Part shown: positions 1 to 16,984 of the stretch, in pieces
Layout of the letters: every line of letters starts with the position of its first letter
How positions within the stretch are numbered: the first letter of the stretch is position 1
Source: Balanoglossus misakiensis
Taxonomy: Eukaryota; Animalia; Hemichordata
Length of the DNA: 64,000 nt
Assembly (NCBI GenBank): GCA_040954595.2
Contig: CM082584.2
Location: 10,200,190-10,264,189 of the forward strand
Direction of reading: 5' to 3'
The notes under the pieces: generated by a model
What the model saw: only the letters and a program-made list of their open reading frames with translations
What the model was told of the DNA's origin: nothing
The model's database searches: none
Position numbers and translations under genes: made by a program

Positions 1-80
1 ATGATGTGCTTGTTGCTGTTTTATTGACATGGTTTCTAGAAAGATTATTATTCCTAAAGCTTTTTTTTCCTTGTGCACAG

Positions 81-1575
81 CGTCATCTTCAACATTGTAT
101 GGTCAAAGCCTTGTCAAAGCGATGAAAAGAGTGGTGTTTGTACAGACGGGTAATTCGTGGGGTTCTGGTGTCGTCATTGATAATCAGGGCGAATTCATTC
201 TCACCTGCAGACATGTGGTCAAAGGAGCTCTCAATTCTCAAGGTAAAAAAATAATTACTGTCTGTGGTTTTGATTCTCTTGTCTAATAAAATTCTCTTAT
301 ATGTATTATCAGTAAACCATTTGTTTGAGTCTATTGCCAGTCTCTCTAAAAACTTTTTTGAAATGCATTGTAAATATGCCCTCTAATGTTTGATGTTCTG
401 TTCTATCTGATCAGTTCAAGTGAGATTCGACTTTCCCACAAGGTACTGGACATCTGCAGAAGTTATATTCTCGACTCTTCCGTCGTCCGCAATAGATCTG
501 GCCGTGCTACGAATTATGGCGAGGCAAAATTTGCACCTTCCAGATTTGCAGATATCTACAGACTACAGCCAAGGTAGTGATGGTTCTCAAGAATTTAACA
601 TATTCTCAATTTGATTCAAATCTTTTAAAAATCTTGTTTGTTAGAGGGTACACTGCTTCATATCATCAAGAAAAATTATCTAATTGGTCTACTGATTGTA
701 CCTGTTCATTTATTGATTTTATTTTCAGGTAACGAGGTGTGTGTTGTCGGGCACGCCCTGTTTCCGAGAGACGTGGCAATGTACCCATCGGTTACATACG
801 GCGTTTTGTCCACCCTTGTCACGGTAGAAAACAGACCAGCTCTACTCCAGGTAGATACCCTAACACATATACATGTATTCCTGTGTTGTTGAAGGTTGAA
901 GGTTATACTCAATAGCTGTGACTTCCCATTGAGTATATCGATATAAATGTTTTCTTGTTCCTTTACAGTCTACATGCGCTGTCCATTCTGGGGCAAGTGG
1001 TGGACCGTTGTTGTGCGCCGAGACGGGTCAACTTCTTGGAATAGTTGCCAGTAATTCAAAGTGAGTATTGCTATAAATCATTCCAACATGAAATAGGTGG
1101 AAATCAAGATTAGAATAGCTTTCTTTGAAAAAAGTTGTTGGATAGTAGCATGATCATTACTTCAATGTTAAACTGTCTCTTTTACTGGTAATCTATTTTA
1201 ATTTTTTTTTCCAGAGACACTGACAGTGGTGCGTCTTTTCCTCATGTTAATTTCAGTGTTCCCATAGTAACGGTTTACAAAGCCTTGGAAGATTTCATGA
1301 ACTCCTCAGGTAGGATTGTGTTCTAGTTAGTTTTGATCTGTTATCTTTAAACTAGTATGAAATACAAATGTATTATATGTAAAGCATGCCCCCTGTGAGA
1401 ATGACTTTGGAAGACTTTTTAATGGGAAAGATAGTCTGAACATTTTTGGATAACTATTTCAGATGTCGGCCACCTGCAAGCTCTGAATGCCTGCGATGGA
1501 AGTTTTCAGAAGATCTGGCGACTACAGGACGACATTCTTCAAGGCTCTGAAGAGAATCTGAAATGCAGACTATGA
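81..1575 (+). CDS. TYSND1: Peroxisomal leader peptide-processing protease (trypsin domain-containing 1), 3' exons only; 5' part lies outside the window
   Basis: Exons about 81-242, 415-573, 730-850, 969-1060, 1215-1309, 1463-1575 with GT-AG borders. Trypsin/HtrA-like triad motifs WGSGVV..LTCRHVV (His), IDLAVL (Asp), AVHSGASGGPL (Ser). C-terminus ...LKCRL* fits the PTS1 consensus. AATAAA near 1772 and 1787. Confidence 0.9.
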
Positions 1576-2376
1576 AAACGACAGTGTTGTCGTCGTTTAG
1601 TTTTAACGAAGCTAATTTTTAAGGAACAGTCAATACCATGGTATCTTACCAGTCCCTAGGGGATTTGGGAGATGTGCAATAGCCATTTAAATGCTGATAT
1701 TCTCTTGACTTAATTTTGAAATGTTCAGAAGAAAGTAATTTTACCAACTGTAAATCATTTGAAATGTATATAAATAAAAATTGTTTAATAAAACACAAGA
1801 CGACTTGGCTGGACATTTATTTTCTCAATAACCTCATGTAAATCCATACAGTTATTGCTTAATGAATAGCACGCAAATGTTCCTATACATGGTATTAAAA
1901 GTACCTCGGGGAAAACAAAATGCCTCGTTTAGTCCAGCAGTAGAAATTAAGATGCCAAATCAAACAAATCTTCTGGGAATCATCTCTAATCTTCAAGGAA
2001 TTCTGATTCAAACTCTACCGGCATAATTGATTCATACGAAACAGGTTTGTCTGTAATTAAGAAACACCGAAAGAGAAAATAAATCCACCGCTCGAATGTA
2101 AATCGGTGTCGGGGGAGAAATTCCCTCCGGACAGTTACAGCAGCAAAAATTAAATACATGTATATGGTATATGCGAAGGTATTATCCTATACAGATTATG
2201 AGTAGATGGTGTCGTATGTACTATACGACTTGATTGGAGATGGAATAAACACGTACACATATGTGAATACAGTGCGTTAGTTTGGAGGGTTTGGGCTGAT
2301 TTTTGTATGAACCAGGGAGTTCAAATATACCTGGATTCGGAAACAAGCGATCATGTCGACCCTCTCAGTTTACTGA

Positions 2377-3270
2377 TCAGCCAGTACATTCCGACCAGTC
2401 ATGAACTGCGACAGGTTGAATGACTAAATCACCAAAGCACAAACACAGCGAAATGTTTGATCGACTCCGCCGAGGACGTCATCAGAAGTGCAAGTGTAAA
2501 TTGTATACTTACACCAGATTTCGACTGGACATCGAGTGCTGCAGTTTTTCAGGGCAATTTTTCCAGTTGTCATTTTGTAGGCATAACAGGAATAAATTGG
2601 AAATACCTTGCTGCCCCTGAAAACCTGACATGAAACGGAAAAGTTTCGGAGTAAATCATTAGCTCAGAAACCGATTGTGGATTTGTGATGGTGTTACCGG
2701 TGCCATATAGGGAGTAGGACACCCTCACTCTTTTCTAAACATTACACACCACTTCTGCGCACGCTCGCATGTTTCTTTAGGGCCTCCTCGCGTGGTTTCT
2801 TACCAAAGTATATACGTGGTCGAGAGTTAGTAAGAGTACTGTTGAACAGGATGGATGGTGTGCTTGAAGCTAAGATGCAAATTAACTTAACGATGTGAGA
2901 CGCACACTGCGTGTATGGACTTACCGAGTAAGCTTCCATGACTTCACAACAATCGTGTCTCAAGCAATCTGATTTACACCCTTCTTTGCTACTCCTCTGA
3001 GTTACCCAACACACCATGGCGTCCGCCTCATCTACCTGCCTGGCTTTGTGTACCTCTACAACAACGCCTGGGAACAACAAGTGAATATGGAGAAGAAGAA
3101 AAATTTCACACGGGATCGAAATAGTGGCAAAGTAAAAGCGACTTTAAAGTCTGAAGACGTCACGAATAAAAATAACGCGTTTTGTCATTTTTGGACATAC
3201 CTGTGTAAGCCGATTCCGTTACTAGGATGAGTAGCAATATCAGAACGAAAGCCGACAACGTTGAATACAT
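2377..3270 (-). CDS. Small secreted cysteine-rich protein, 117 aa, PAN/apple-like; uncharacterised
   Basis: Exons 3270-3201, 3067-2925, 2624-2513, 2405-2377 join in frame through canonical donors (gtatgt, gtaagt, gtaagt) and CAG acceptors. Product: MYSTLSAFVLILLLILVTESAYTGVVVEVHKARQVDEADAMVCWVTQRSSKEGCKSDCLRHDCCEVMEAYSVFRGSKVFPIYSCYAYKMTTGKIALKNCSTRCPVEIWFHDWSECTG*. Hydrophobic signal peptide occupies its own exon. Minus-strand AATAAA near 1816-1821. Confidence 0.78.
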
Positions 3271-5976
3271 CCTGTAGTGAGCTCTGCCAGAACGATACAT
3301 GACTAAACTACAGTATCACTACCTCTGACGTCAGAATCCACTGCATCACAATATAAAAGCGAGTTTTTCCCCCTTTGTGGCTTAGATGCTTAGTGATTGG
3401 ACGTGCAGATCGAAGCTGACATTTTGATTCGCATAATTTTTCCATTATGCGATTAGAAACATTTAGGCGTCAAATAAACCGATCGCGATCGATGGTTTTG
3501 ATAAATGTCAACTTGGAAATATTGACAGTGGTTGTGACATTGCGGATGCACACGCGACATTCCTAAAAGCTGCGCATTTGTTGAAAAAGTGATCTGAAAA
3601 GATGGTGGAAGTGGTGGTGGTGGTGGTTTGGTATAGTGAGGTATAATTTTATAACGTTCGGGCTTAACCTTAAGCTTGTGGATCGGTTGCTCAAATGAAT
3701 TTAAACGTGAAACGCAAGTCTACGACATACATCAATATGAGAATCCACTTCGAAATTGTTAAAACCTGAATGCCAAAGTTGACCTATCAGAACAACAAGG
3801 ACTTTACAGTCGTCATCAGTCAGATAAAAATGCGAAATAAACCTTTTAAAAATGCTCCAACATTGTATGCTTTCTGACACTCTCAGCCGCAGCAAACTAT
3901 TACCAAAAGAAAGATAAGAATGAGCAAAACGCGTTGTGTTGGCATTTTACATACGAGTATCTTCTCGTTAAATTTTCGCTAAATTTCTCATGAAATGTCA
4001 AAGGTAAATATTGGGCTAACTGATGTTTTCCCTGTCGGTATCTTATCTGTGTTTTGCGGCAACCACCTGCAGTTTACTCATCTTAATTTCATTTTTACAT
4101 TTGCGGAAATTTGTTACAAATTGGCGTGATAAGATCCTTGTCAGCGTGGCATACATGTATTTGTCAAAGCCCCATCTCATTACTCTGTCAGAAGCTGGTA
4201 TAGTCGAGGCTAGGTCATTCACACAAGGAAAATCTTTTTAATACATCGTCATCCATTTTGATTAAATGAAATCATTAATTCTACAAAAGCCTGGAATTAG
4301 TCCGAATTTTGAAAAGCTGCTCGCTATTGCAGAAATTCCCCAAAGTGCACGGGGCGATTTAGTTCACATGGTAAATCAGAATTGTTTTCCACAGGGATAT
4401 GTTTCCAGAAGGAGTTAGTATTAGTTTTCTATATGTAATATTAATAATTTCCATCTACAGAACAAAAAACAGTTTGGTAGAAATGTGACAGAGCTAGAGT
4501 TGTTCGCCACTTTCAGTAAAATTTTTTTTATAAAGTGTGAAATTACTTGTAACTAGAACGATGTACACACTGACATGGAAATGAGTGTTATTCAAATACT
4601 TTTAAACGAATACATCGCTCCAGCGATTTAGCTGGGTTTGTGTGAAAATCGATATTTCGCATGTCTTTCGGGTATACGCATATTTGTTCTCCGCGGACGC
4701 AGGACGCCGAGCGAACTCGTACGTGACAGGGATAGAATTGTAAATGTTGTGCATAATTACATAACGGTACATTAATTGAAGACCAATTAACGAGGAGATT
4801 TAAATATGGAGAAGTAAAAAGAAATAACTACACAAGGTGTTTCCTCTCATGCCCACGCATTGGTGCGTTCCTGAATACCTGCGATCGACCTTTTTTGATG
4901 GTTCTCCGTGAATGACGTCACATTTCTGCGGTTATCAATCACACTGCACTTGCGAACCACTGCTTGTGAGTGGGCCAACATATCGCGCACACAAAAGCGC
5001 CTAAATTTCTCCCGACAGGCAGTGAGCAGGGGTCGATAGATTTGCCACCGTGTCCGCTAATGGGGACTTTGTTGGTCGCTTTTCAACAAATTAAGCAATA
5101 ACCCTTGTCATTTCTGGGTAATTGGGATACAAGTAGCCGCCGCACGGTAGCCCTAATTGCTTGTCACTTTGTATTTTGTCGGCGACAATGCATATACCAT
5201 TTTCTGCATCTCAAGAAATATCTCGAGCTCTGGGTAGATTACTTTGGTTCAGAGAAGTCAGACAGATTCGTCAGAGTGACGTCAGCGAGGATTATGGACA
5301 CGGTGAAGATAACATATTTGAATTTTCTTCTTCTTTCCTGTCGTACAGTGCCTTTAGGCCTGCGCGTTTAAAATCGATGCGACTTTAATTGGTATGGTGA
5401 CGAAAACATTGTGAAAAATAAACCCGTTTGGCGAGCGACAGCCAGACCCCTTTATGACGTATGGTTTGGCGTCATCAGGTGAAGTTAATGACGCACTTTT
5501 CTCGATTTGTTTGATTTGGTCATTCCTCCAAACAACTTAGGCTTATTTACCATTTCGACAACTCCACGGCATCTGAAACACATCTTCGTCGAGCTCAAGA
5601 CGCAAATGCAACTCCAAATAGGCTTGATTATTAATATTATGGGAGCCGTCCAAATTACTTTTAATATTTAATATGTAGGGTCTACAGACTTTAGGTTTTA
5701 GAAACTACTAGTATCTTAGAATATGTATTACACCACTTCATCTGCTAAAGAACTTTTTGATTGGCCTAGAAAGAGCTTTAACTTGCCCATCATTCTTCAA
5801 AAACGGCGGAAAACGGCATCTCGAATCAATTTAAATGGTTCAAGAGCCCGAAATGCTGTGGAGAAAGTTTAGCATGGTCAATCATAGACCCTAGAGCCAA
5901 GGGGTCAACGCAGGAGGGACGGTGGGGTCACGTACGATGCGCAATATTGTATGCGCATAACATTTGTGGTAACAAC

Positions 5977-10039
<4,063 letters not shown>

Positions 10040-11070
10040 CTGTGTGCATCTCAAATGAACCTGATAGATAAACTTTCGCTGGGAGTGCCTAAAAATAAGA
10101 TCATGGGGAATCGAGGATAGTCTCTACACAAACTTCACAAAGTGGTATAAGCGGTGTTCCCCTTGGGAGATATATATAGGATTTTGTTGTGTCACAATTT
10201 AGCAATACTTCTGTTTTTGAATACCTTCCACCCCTTGTTTGTCCGTATGGGTACTGCTGTACTATCTAAAAACAAGAGGGTCGAACCACGAATCATGAAC
10301 TTGAAGAGAAATCCTGAGTGATAGTATTGTCAGCATTATTTGTTCAGGCCAGTAGTGAAGCCCCCACCGTACCTGGCTTTGCGAAACAGTATGAAGACTG
10401 TGGTCAGGAAATAAACCATGAAATGTGTATTTCAGCTAGAAATTCCTCTGACTTCCACGTATGTATGTTTACATTTCAATAGCAGAGGCCCCAGATGGTT
10501 CAAAATGGGAAGCATTTTTAGCATGGTGCTTGGGAGTCCTTTCGGTGTTGGTTGCTATTATTACTTTAAACTGATATTTGTGTTGCCATTGAAACAACCA
10601 GTGTTCTTCCACTGTATAAAATATAGTATATTTGGACACGGATGCCGTCATTTAACCATTGTATGTCAAGAGGAATAAAAGATATTGACATGAATCATGT
10701 GTGGTGTTCATTTTTTCAGTGATGTTCATTTCATCAAATCTGTACAGTACATATGCATATTACCAGCATTATAACCTTATGAGAAATCCCATTTCAAGAA
10801 TATGTCAGAATGCATCTCGTAACGACCAGTTTCACAGGTCTGTAAATGATGTCTTCGATCTTCTGACAAGTCAAGCGAAAAAAAAAAACGCTTTCTTGGT
10901 GAATGGATCAGTGGATAGACACATGCAGATGACGGTCTAAAAATAGCGTGTGATACCGGAGCTACATGCAAAAGATGCACATATGTTCGGAACACCCGTT
11001 TTTAACCCATCTAAAATACAGAAAAGCTGGTGTTTACTGCCCAGCTGGATATATGTCGACTTGTTTGAGT

Positions 11071-12581
11071 TTATCTGTTCTCCATGATGAATGAAACGCA
11101 GACTTTGTGGGTTGGCGTCGGCCAGAATCGTGTCCACCCAAAGAACAAGCCAATAGTGAGGTGATTCACTCCAGGGACCACGAAGTACGCCACCTCAAAA
11201 CCACAATCCTTGAGCTTCTCTGAAAACTCCTTCCCGTCGTTGAGAAGGACAGAGTCGTAGCCGGCGTTGATAACTAGAAATCGGGTCGTCCTGACGCAGT
11301 TTTTGACGTGAGTTATTGGCGACGCGGAACTAAAAGTCGACGGCTGAAAGTCAAAAGTGGGGCGCAAGTACATCTCCTGGAACAACTTTCCAGCCATCAG
11401 TGATTCCAGATTGTGAACCCCAGAAATTGATATCACCCCCTGTAGAGAGAATTGAAATGATATGATATTATATGACCCTGGAAAATCGGGTTTATGATTA
11501 AGCTAGCAAAAATTCGTTAAAATAAAAATCGACTAACTTTTATATTTTCTACAGACAGCCCGACATCTCTGAGATAAGTATCCTCGTCTAGTGTTACCAG
11601 GGAAACAAGGTGTCCACCTGCCGAGTAACCGCACAGAAAGATACAATCCGGATCATACAGTTCCGATAAATGGCCGAAAGTTTTTATCCAACTTATACTT
11701 TTGGCCACCGCTTTTGCTTGCGTCGGGTGCGGCCGGATTTGAACATCCAGTACCTGGATAACGCACATAATAATCTGTGATGTCGCCGTGAAGAGAAACG
11801 CAGCAAATGCCAAGCAGGTCTCATAGCTGAAGGCAAAACCCCGACATATGGGGAAAGCCATGCACGGTAGCAAAAATAACATCACCATTACTTCTTTACG
11901 AAGTGACGGGTAGTTTTCTCTGTTCCGGAGCACAAACAACCAGATAAACACCTGACACAGGGCCAGAAAAGTACAGAAAGTCACGCAAGCATGGTTTGAA
12001 ATATGATGAGCGAACTCCATGAAAACAATCCAGTTATCGGGGTACAGTCGCAGAAAGACCGCAACCAGAGTTCCCGAAGAGCCCAAGAAAACGGCGCCGA
12101 CTGTAAAGACGGACATACAAAACGACGCGAACAGTTCCACGAGATTGAGGGGAAACTTCAGCCTGTTGATGGGGTATGATATTACGGCACACGCTATTCC
12201 CTCCCTGGCGAACGCCTCGCCAATGTTCGTGAACAAGGAGAACGCGAAGTGCAGCAGGCAAGATAGGAGGTTGGTGTCGTAGGAAGAGGCGTAGTGTTTC
12301 CAAGCCGTGCGGTCCCCTCTCCGCCACCCTCCCGCGTGTACAAAGACAACGATGGGGGTCTTCGCATCTCGTCTGGTGGGCCCATCATACAAATCGACGT
12401 CGTTGTCTCGGACGTTCTTACCGGTGCTGCTTCCTGGTAGATACAGGTCCAGTTTGTTTTTGTCGATCCCATTTTTAGTTTTGCTTGACTTGGTGGCAAA
12501 AACAATGTTGTTGTTGGTCGGATTGACGCTGTAGTCCAAGTCACGAAGCACCGAAATACTGGGACCTTTCGGAAAGAGCAT
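11071..12581 (-). CDS. Alpha/beta-hydrolase (kynurenine formamidase/HSL-like esterase) with internal hydrophobic insertion, about 470 aa
   Basis: Two exons, 12581-11538 and 11439-11071 (gttagt donor, ctacag acceptor, phase 0). Motifs KLDLYLP, PIVVFVHAGGW (oxyanion-hole type), IFLCGYSAGGHL (nucleophile Ser), GVISISGV, candidate Asp in NAGYD and His in PGVNHL. Confidence 0.85.
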
Positions 12582-12863
12582 CCCGTTAATAAAAGCGATA
12601 TTTCAGTTCTACCCTGTGTAGATAGAAATAACCCCTGCATAAGTGCATATTTCAACTCGAGACGCAGACGTCAATCCATGCCGTTTGGCATGCTATTAAT
12701 ATGGTAAAAGGTCGCTCGGTCATTGGTACACGTATACTTCACGTGAATTATACGATAACGCATTATTTGATTTAGATTGGCCTGTTTGATATTGGTAATT
12801 TGGGCTGCAGTTCACTGAAAAAAAGTTTTCAGCTTCGCTAGAACACGCAGTCAATCAGGTGAC

Positions 12864-12877
12864 CAGTCACGTGACTG
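12864..12877. promoter_or_regulatory. Palindromic CLEAR/USF-type E-box (CAGTCACGTGACTG) upstream of the hydrolase gene
   Basis: Perfect 14-bp palindrome containing GTCACGTGAC about 285 bp upstream of the ATG at 12581; motif match only. Confidence 0.4.
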
Positions 12878-13990
12878 ATACCAGGTCGTCGAGTCTTGAG
12901 GCTCCCTAGTCTCGGTTACCCAGACGCCTTTGCAAAGGCGTCTGGGTATAGAGGCTTCCCTGCCACGTCGTTGGCTGCGCAACGCTAAAGGAAATTCGTT
13001 TTATCAGTGAAACTTGTCTCTGATTGGTCAACACAGATCTACACAAAGAAGTGTTCACCAGGTGCATAAAAATGTAGTATGCATACACCTGGACACAGTG
13101 TTTAGTTTCTCTTCTATCAAGAGTTTCAGTCTTCTGAATGCACAATAAACAATGTTTTTCCCCAAAATTATTACTGCATCTATTTTATTTGATCATAATT
13201 TTTCCAGTGCAGATTTTAAATTTACAATAGTAATTTAACCACCTCTCTGAGCAGTGAAAACCTTGACCAAGTCCATGGAAACACCCATTTCAAAGTAAGT
13301 GGTTCCACATTAAAACATTACACTTTGAAAGCAAAAATTAAAATATAGCATGACTCAGCAGATGTGCTAATTTGCCTTTCAGATTGAGAGAGATTTGAAA
13401 TTTCTGGTGTCCCAGGTGCTGCTAGTAAGTTGTCATGGAAATCACCATCCATGAAACATGCTGTCGTCATCAAATTCAATATAGGTACAGAGATATAAAA
13501 ATATGCAAGAATCTTGACTTAAGAAAAGCATACCAATTTTGATAACATTAGCAAACTACAAGTTGCCATGCAAATATATGCTTTGATTATGCAAATGTGT
13601 GCAAAATGATTATATGAGAAAAAATCTGGCCCAATGAGAAATTGTAAAGATACTTCTGAATACTAGGTACAAATACATTAGAAAGTTGCTTCTTGAAAAA
13701 TAAATACCTGGCGGTCAAATGTCACATATTTCAACAATGCCCATCACAATACATATGTAGTACATATCACCTCAAAGATATATAATTCACTGTTATTGTT
13801 AATAAGTCCCATAAGAAGTAGTGTATCTAAAAAAATAATTTCACGAGGGCCGACTTTGTGCAATGAGTTGTACTTTCAGTTGTCATCATATTATGAACAT
13901 TGGTGCGTACCAGTTACCGTTATTTGCATACCTCAACGAATAATCTAAAAAAAAAGTTTTGCTTGCAAGCAGTTGAGTCGCGGTTTCTTC

Positions 13991-16245
13991 CTACAGAACT
14001 TGACTGCCAGAGCTCTGACTGTTGTAAATGACAGCACCGACTAGATTGACAATAGCAGCTACTACAAAGACCGGATACCAATGCTGGGTGTAGTCGACGA
14101 TGGCCGCTGTCACCGGTCCACATGTCATCCCAGGTATCGTAGCCTGGAACACAATCGAAGAAGTTGTTGGTGTAATATGATATACAATGAATTAACGCAT
14201 TACAGGGAATAATTTTCTATCCAAAAGTAAAATTTTCAACATTCAACACACCCCTCATTGCAAAACTACTTTGCACCAAAGGAGAATTACAATTTAAAAC
14301 AAAATGTGGTAATCATGTAAGCCAACTTACTAAAGTATTGGACACAGCAAACGTGATGCCAGCGTGATTTGGGGCCACGTCGGCGTGGTTACTCATGTGA
14401 CCTGATGAGTTACATGCACATAATCCCAACGATATCGACACAAAACTGAAATGAACAGATATATACCAGAATAAATAACATGAATAGGTTCAGCAAATTT
14501 TATTTTGACGATGATATATATGCAAACTTCTCAGCAGCACCGAAATTTCATTTTTTAAAAACAGAATCCATTTCACCACACCAGAGTTAGTACTCACCAA
14601 ACTGCTAACATTATGCTTTCCATCTGACCAAACAACAAAATAAAAACAGCGGGTCCTAAGAGACCAATGGAGGTCATCAATCGCCTCACAGATAAGACCG
14701 TCCACTGTCTTTTAGAAATTAATGAGTCTGCATAGTGGCCAGCAGCTGAAAAAGACAATGTCAAATTAATGTCCAGATAATATCTAAAAAACATCAACAC
14801 AATTTCTACCGGTAATTAACCCAAATCACTCACAACTTACCGACTCCAACTAAAGAATTCATGACGTACGGCAAAGCAGTGAAACTGATGTCGGCCTTGT
14901 TGGCGCCGAGCCTTCTGGACAGATAGGTGGGCAACCACGACAAGATGATGTAGTTGGACCAGTTCATGGCAAAGTGGGCCGCGTAGATAGCCCACAGGGC
15001 CTTGTGTGATATGTATGCTGTCCAGTGCACTGAATGCCTTGTGTCAACCTGTATGGTTGACAGAAAACATGTTGATGTATTAGATTAGATTACTTTGGAG
15101 CAGAACTTTCAAATGATCACAGGCCACAAGGGGGAAGAAGAGTCAGGGTGCAATGGGTAAATGAATTCTGGTCAAAGCACTTTTACCTTTGGTGTTAATA
15201 ACATTTCCGGATCGACTTCTGTCGAATTTTCGTTGTAAAGCAGAACCCAGAGGGCTATCCAAAGGATGCCCAATGAGCCAAAACTGTAGAACATCATCGG
15301 CCAGGGAAGTCTCGGACAGATCTGCAGAGAAATAGACAGTGATATATTGCAATTTACATAAAAAAACAACATGCAGGGCTGCCTGTGGTGGCGCTATACA
15401 TGTTCCCATCACTATCTCAAGATGACTTCAGTATCTACGGAACATCACTTTAGGTCAATGTGCAACATATGAGAGAAGGCTGAGTACTTTGAGCTTGTAA
15501 GGGTTCCAAGAGGGCAACATTTGCCCTCTTGTGTTGATACGCATGAAAACAAGGTGAACTTACGACTGCAGCAATGGTCTGACCAATGGACCCCGACGCC
15601 ACCAGATAACCAAAGGCCCTGGACCGCTCCTCTATGGTGATAGTGTGTGAAAATATTTGATAAATAGTGGGTAGACAAAAGCCTTCGGCGAAACCAAGAA
15701 CTATCCTCAAGAAAATGATGAGCCCCACATAGGGTCCACAGAACGGTGTGAGGAATGTGGCCAGTGACCACACCAAAACAGCAATACCCAGGGTCACTTT
15801 GCCACCGAATCTCTGTGCTGTACGTCCGCCAATAATCTGAAATGCAGAAAATAGAAGTATTAAACTCAATGCAACAATTTGTTTATTTTGAGCTTTCAAC
15901 ATTATTTGTTTCTGCTTACAGGGTTTAAGATAAAGATATTCTTACATGAACATGTTATCATCTGGCTGAACAACTTCAGCAATGGTTCTGTTGCAGCTGG
16001 GCTTGATATTTTTCTGGGAAGTTGACTAACCAAAGGTACCCATCACAGAAGTTAGTGCTTACCTGACTGCTTACGTATCCAAACGCAAATGCACTCAGCA
16101 CCCAGCCTTGCACCGACATGTTCCACTTGAACTGGTCCGTCATCGGAATCATGGCGATGGGCATTATCACCCGGTCGGCAGCATTCACAAAGTTCGCCAA
16201 GGAACACAAGGCAACTATCTTGGAAGTCTTGCTAAAGTTGAACAT
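13991..16245 (-). CDS. MFS anion:cation symporter, SLC17 family (SLC17A9/PHT4-like)
   Basis: Exons about 16245-16063, 15836-15564, 15322-15188, 15047-14840, 14744-14598, 14446-14331, 14143-13991. Sequences NAADRVIMPIAM, VLSAFAFGYVSSQIIGGR..RFGGK, RIVLGFAEG, WSNYIILSWLPTYL, DVAPNHAGITFAVSNTLATIPG. Probable non-coding first exon about 16990-16879. Confidence 0.9.
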
Positions 16246-16984
16246 CTTGATTTAAGGTGTAGGTCGTTTTCAAAAAACAGATGCCTCAAAAGTCTGTATC
16301 AGGATGAACCCCGAGCAATTCTTGTCATCGTTTTAGGGTTGAACTCTGATCTCCAAGACTCTCTGATGAGTATCTGTTGAAATTCAAAAACAAAATCAAG
16401 ATGAAATTAACAAGATAAAATAAAAAGAACTGACCACGCCCCATTTCGTATGCCTGTACCAATACCATGTATATTTTGATTAATCGGTTATCAAGAACTT
16501 GTTACAGATCGTTTCCTCCATGGATTGCCTGATGTGCATGTACTGCCACACACGACCGATCCACGGTCATGGTCACACTCTAGGTCATGGTCACATATTC
16601 CCAGTACACTATCAGCGTACAACGTGGCGTATACTGTATTGTGTTTCTGATTGCGGTGACATCACATGAGCACGAATGCAAAACATGCCTCATATCACTG
16701 TCAGTTAGTGTAGATTGTTCATTTCAGTGTATGTTACTGTGTATTATGTACATGTTACCACATAGAATAAATCATGCTCTGTCAATCAGTTCAACTCAGT
16801 CTGGAAAGTCGACACTTTGAGGCCCCACGAAAGCACCAGTGTCATGCGATATGCATCATATATTTTGCAGCTCTCACCTTGATGAAAGTAATCGGTTAAC
16901 AAAAATGTTATGTCCGCTTCAAATACGAGTTATTCAGAAAACATCTTATTCGACGATGTCTCGAAATCTATTATTACACTGCAA

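Noticed and set aside
2365-2379. TGA of the secreted gene read as selenocysteine (odd Cys count)
   Set aside because: No convincing SECIS stem seen in the 3' UTR; the only ATGA..AA..GA candidate is too close to the codon and pairs poorly.
12194-12655. Alternative-frame and antisense ORFs over the hydrolase exon
   Set aside because: Shadows of a GC-richer coding exon with no independent motifs.
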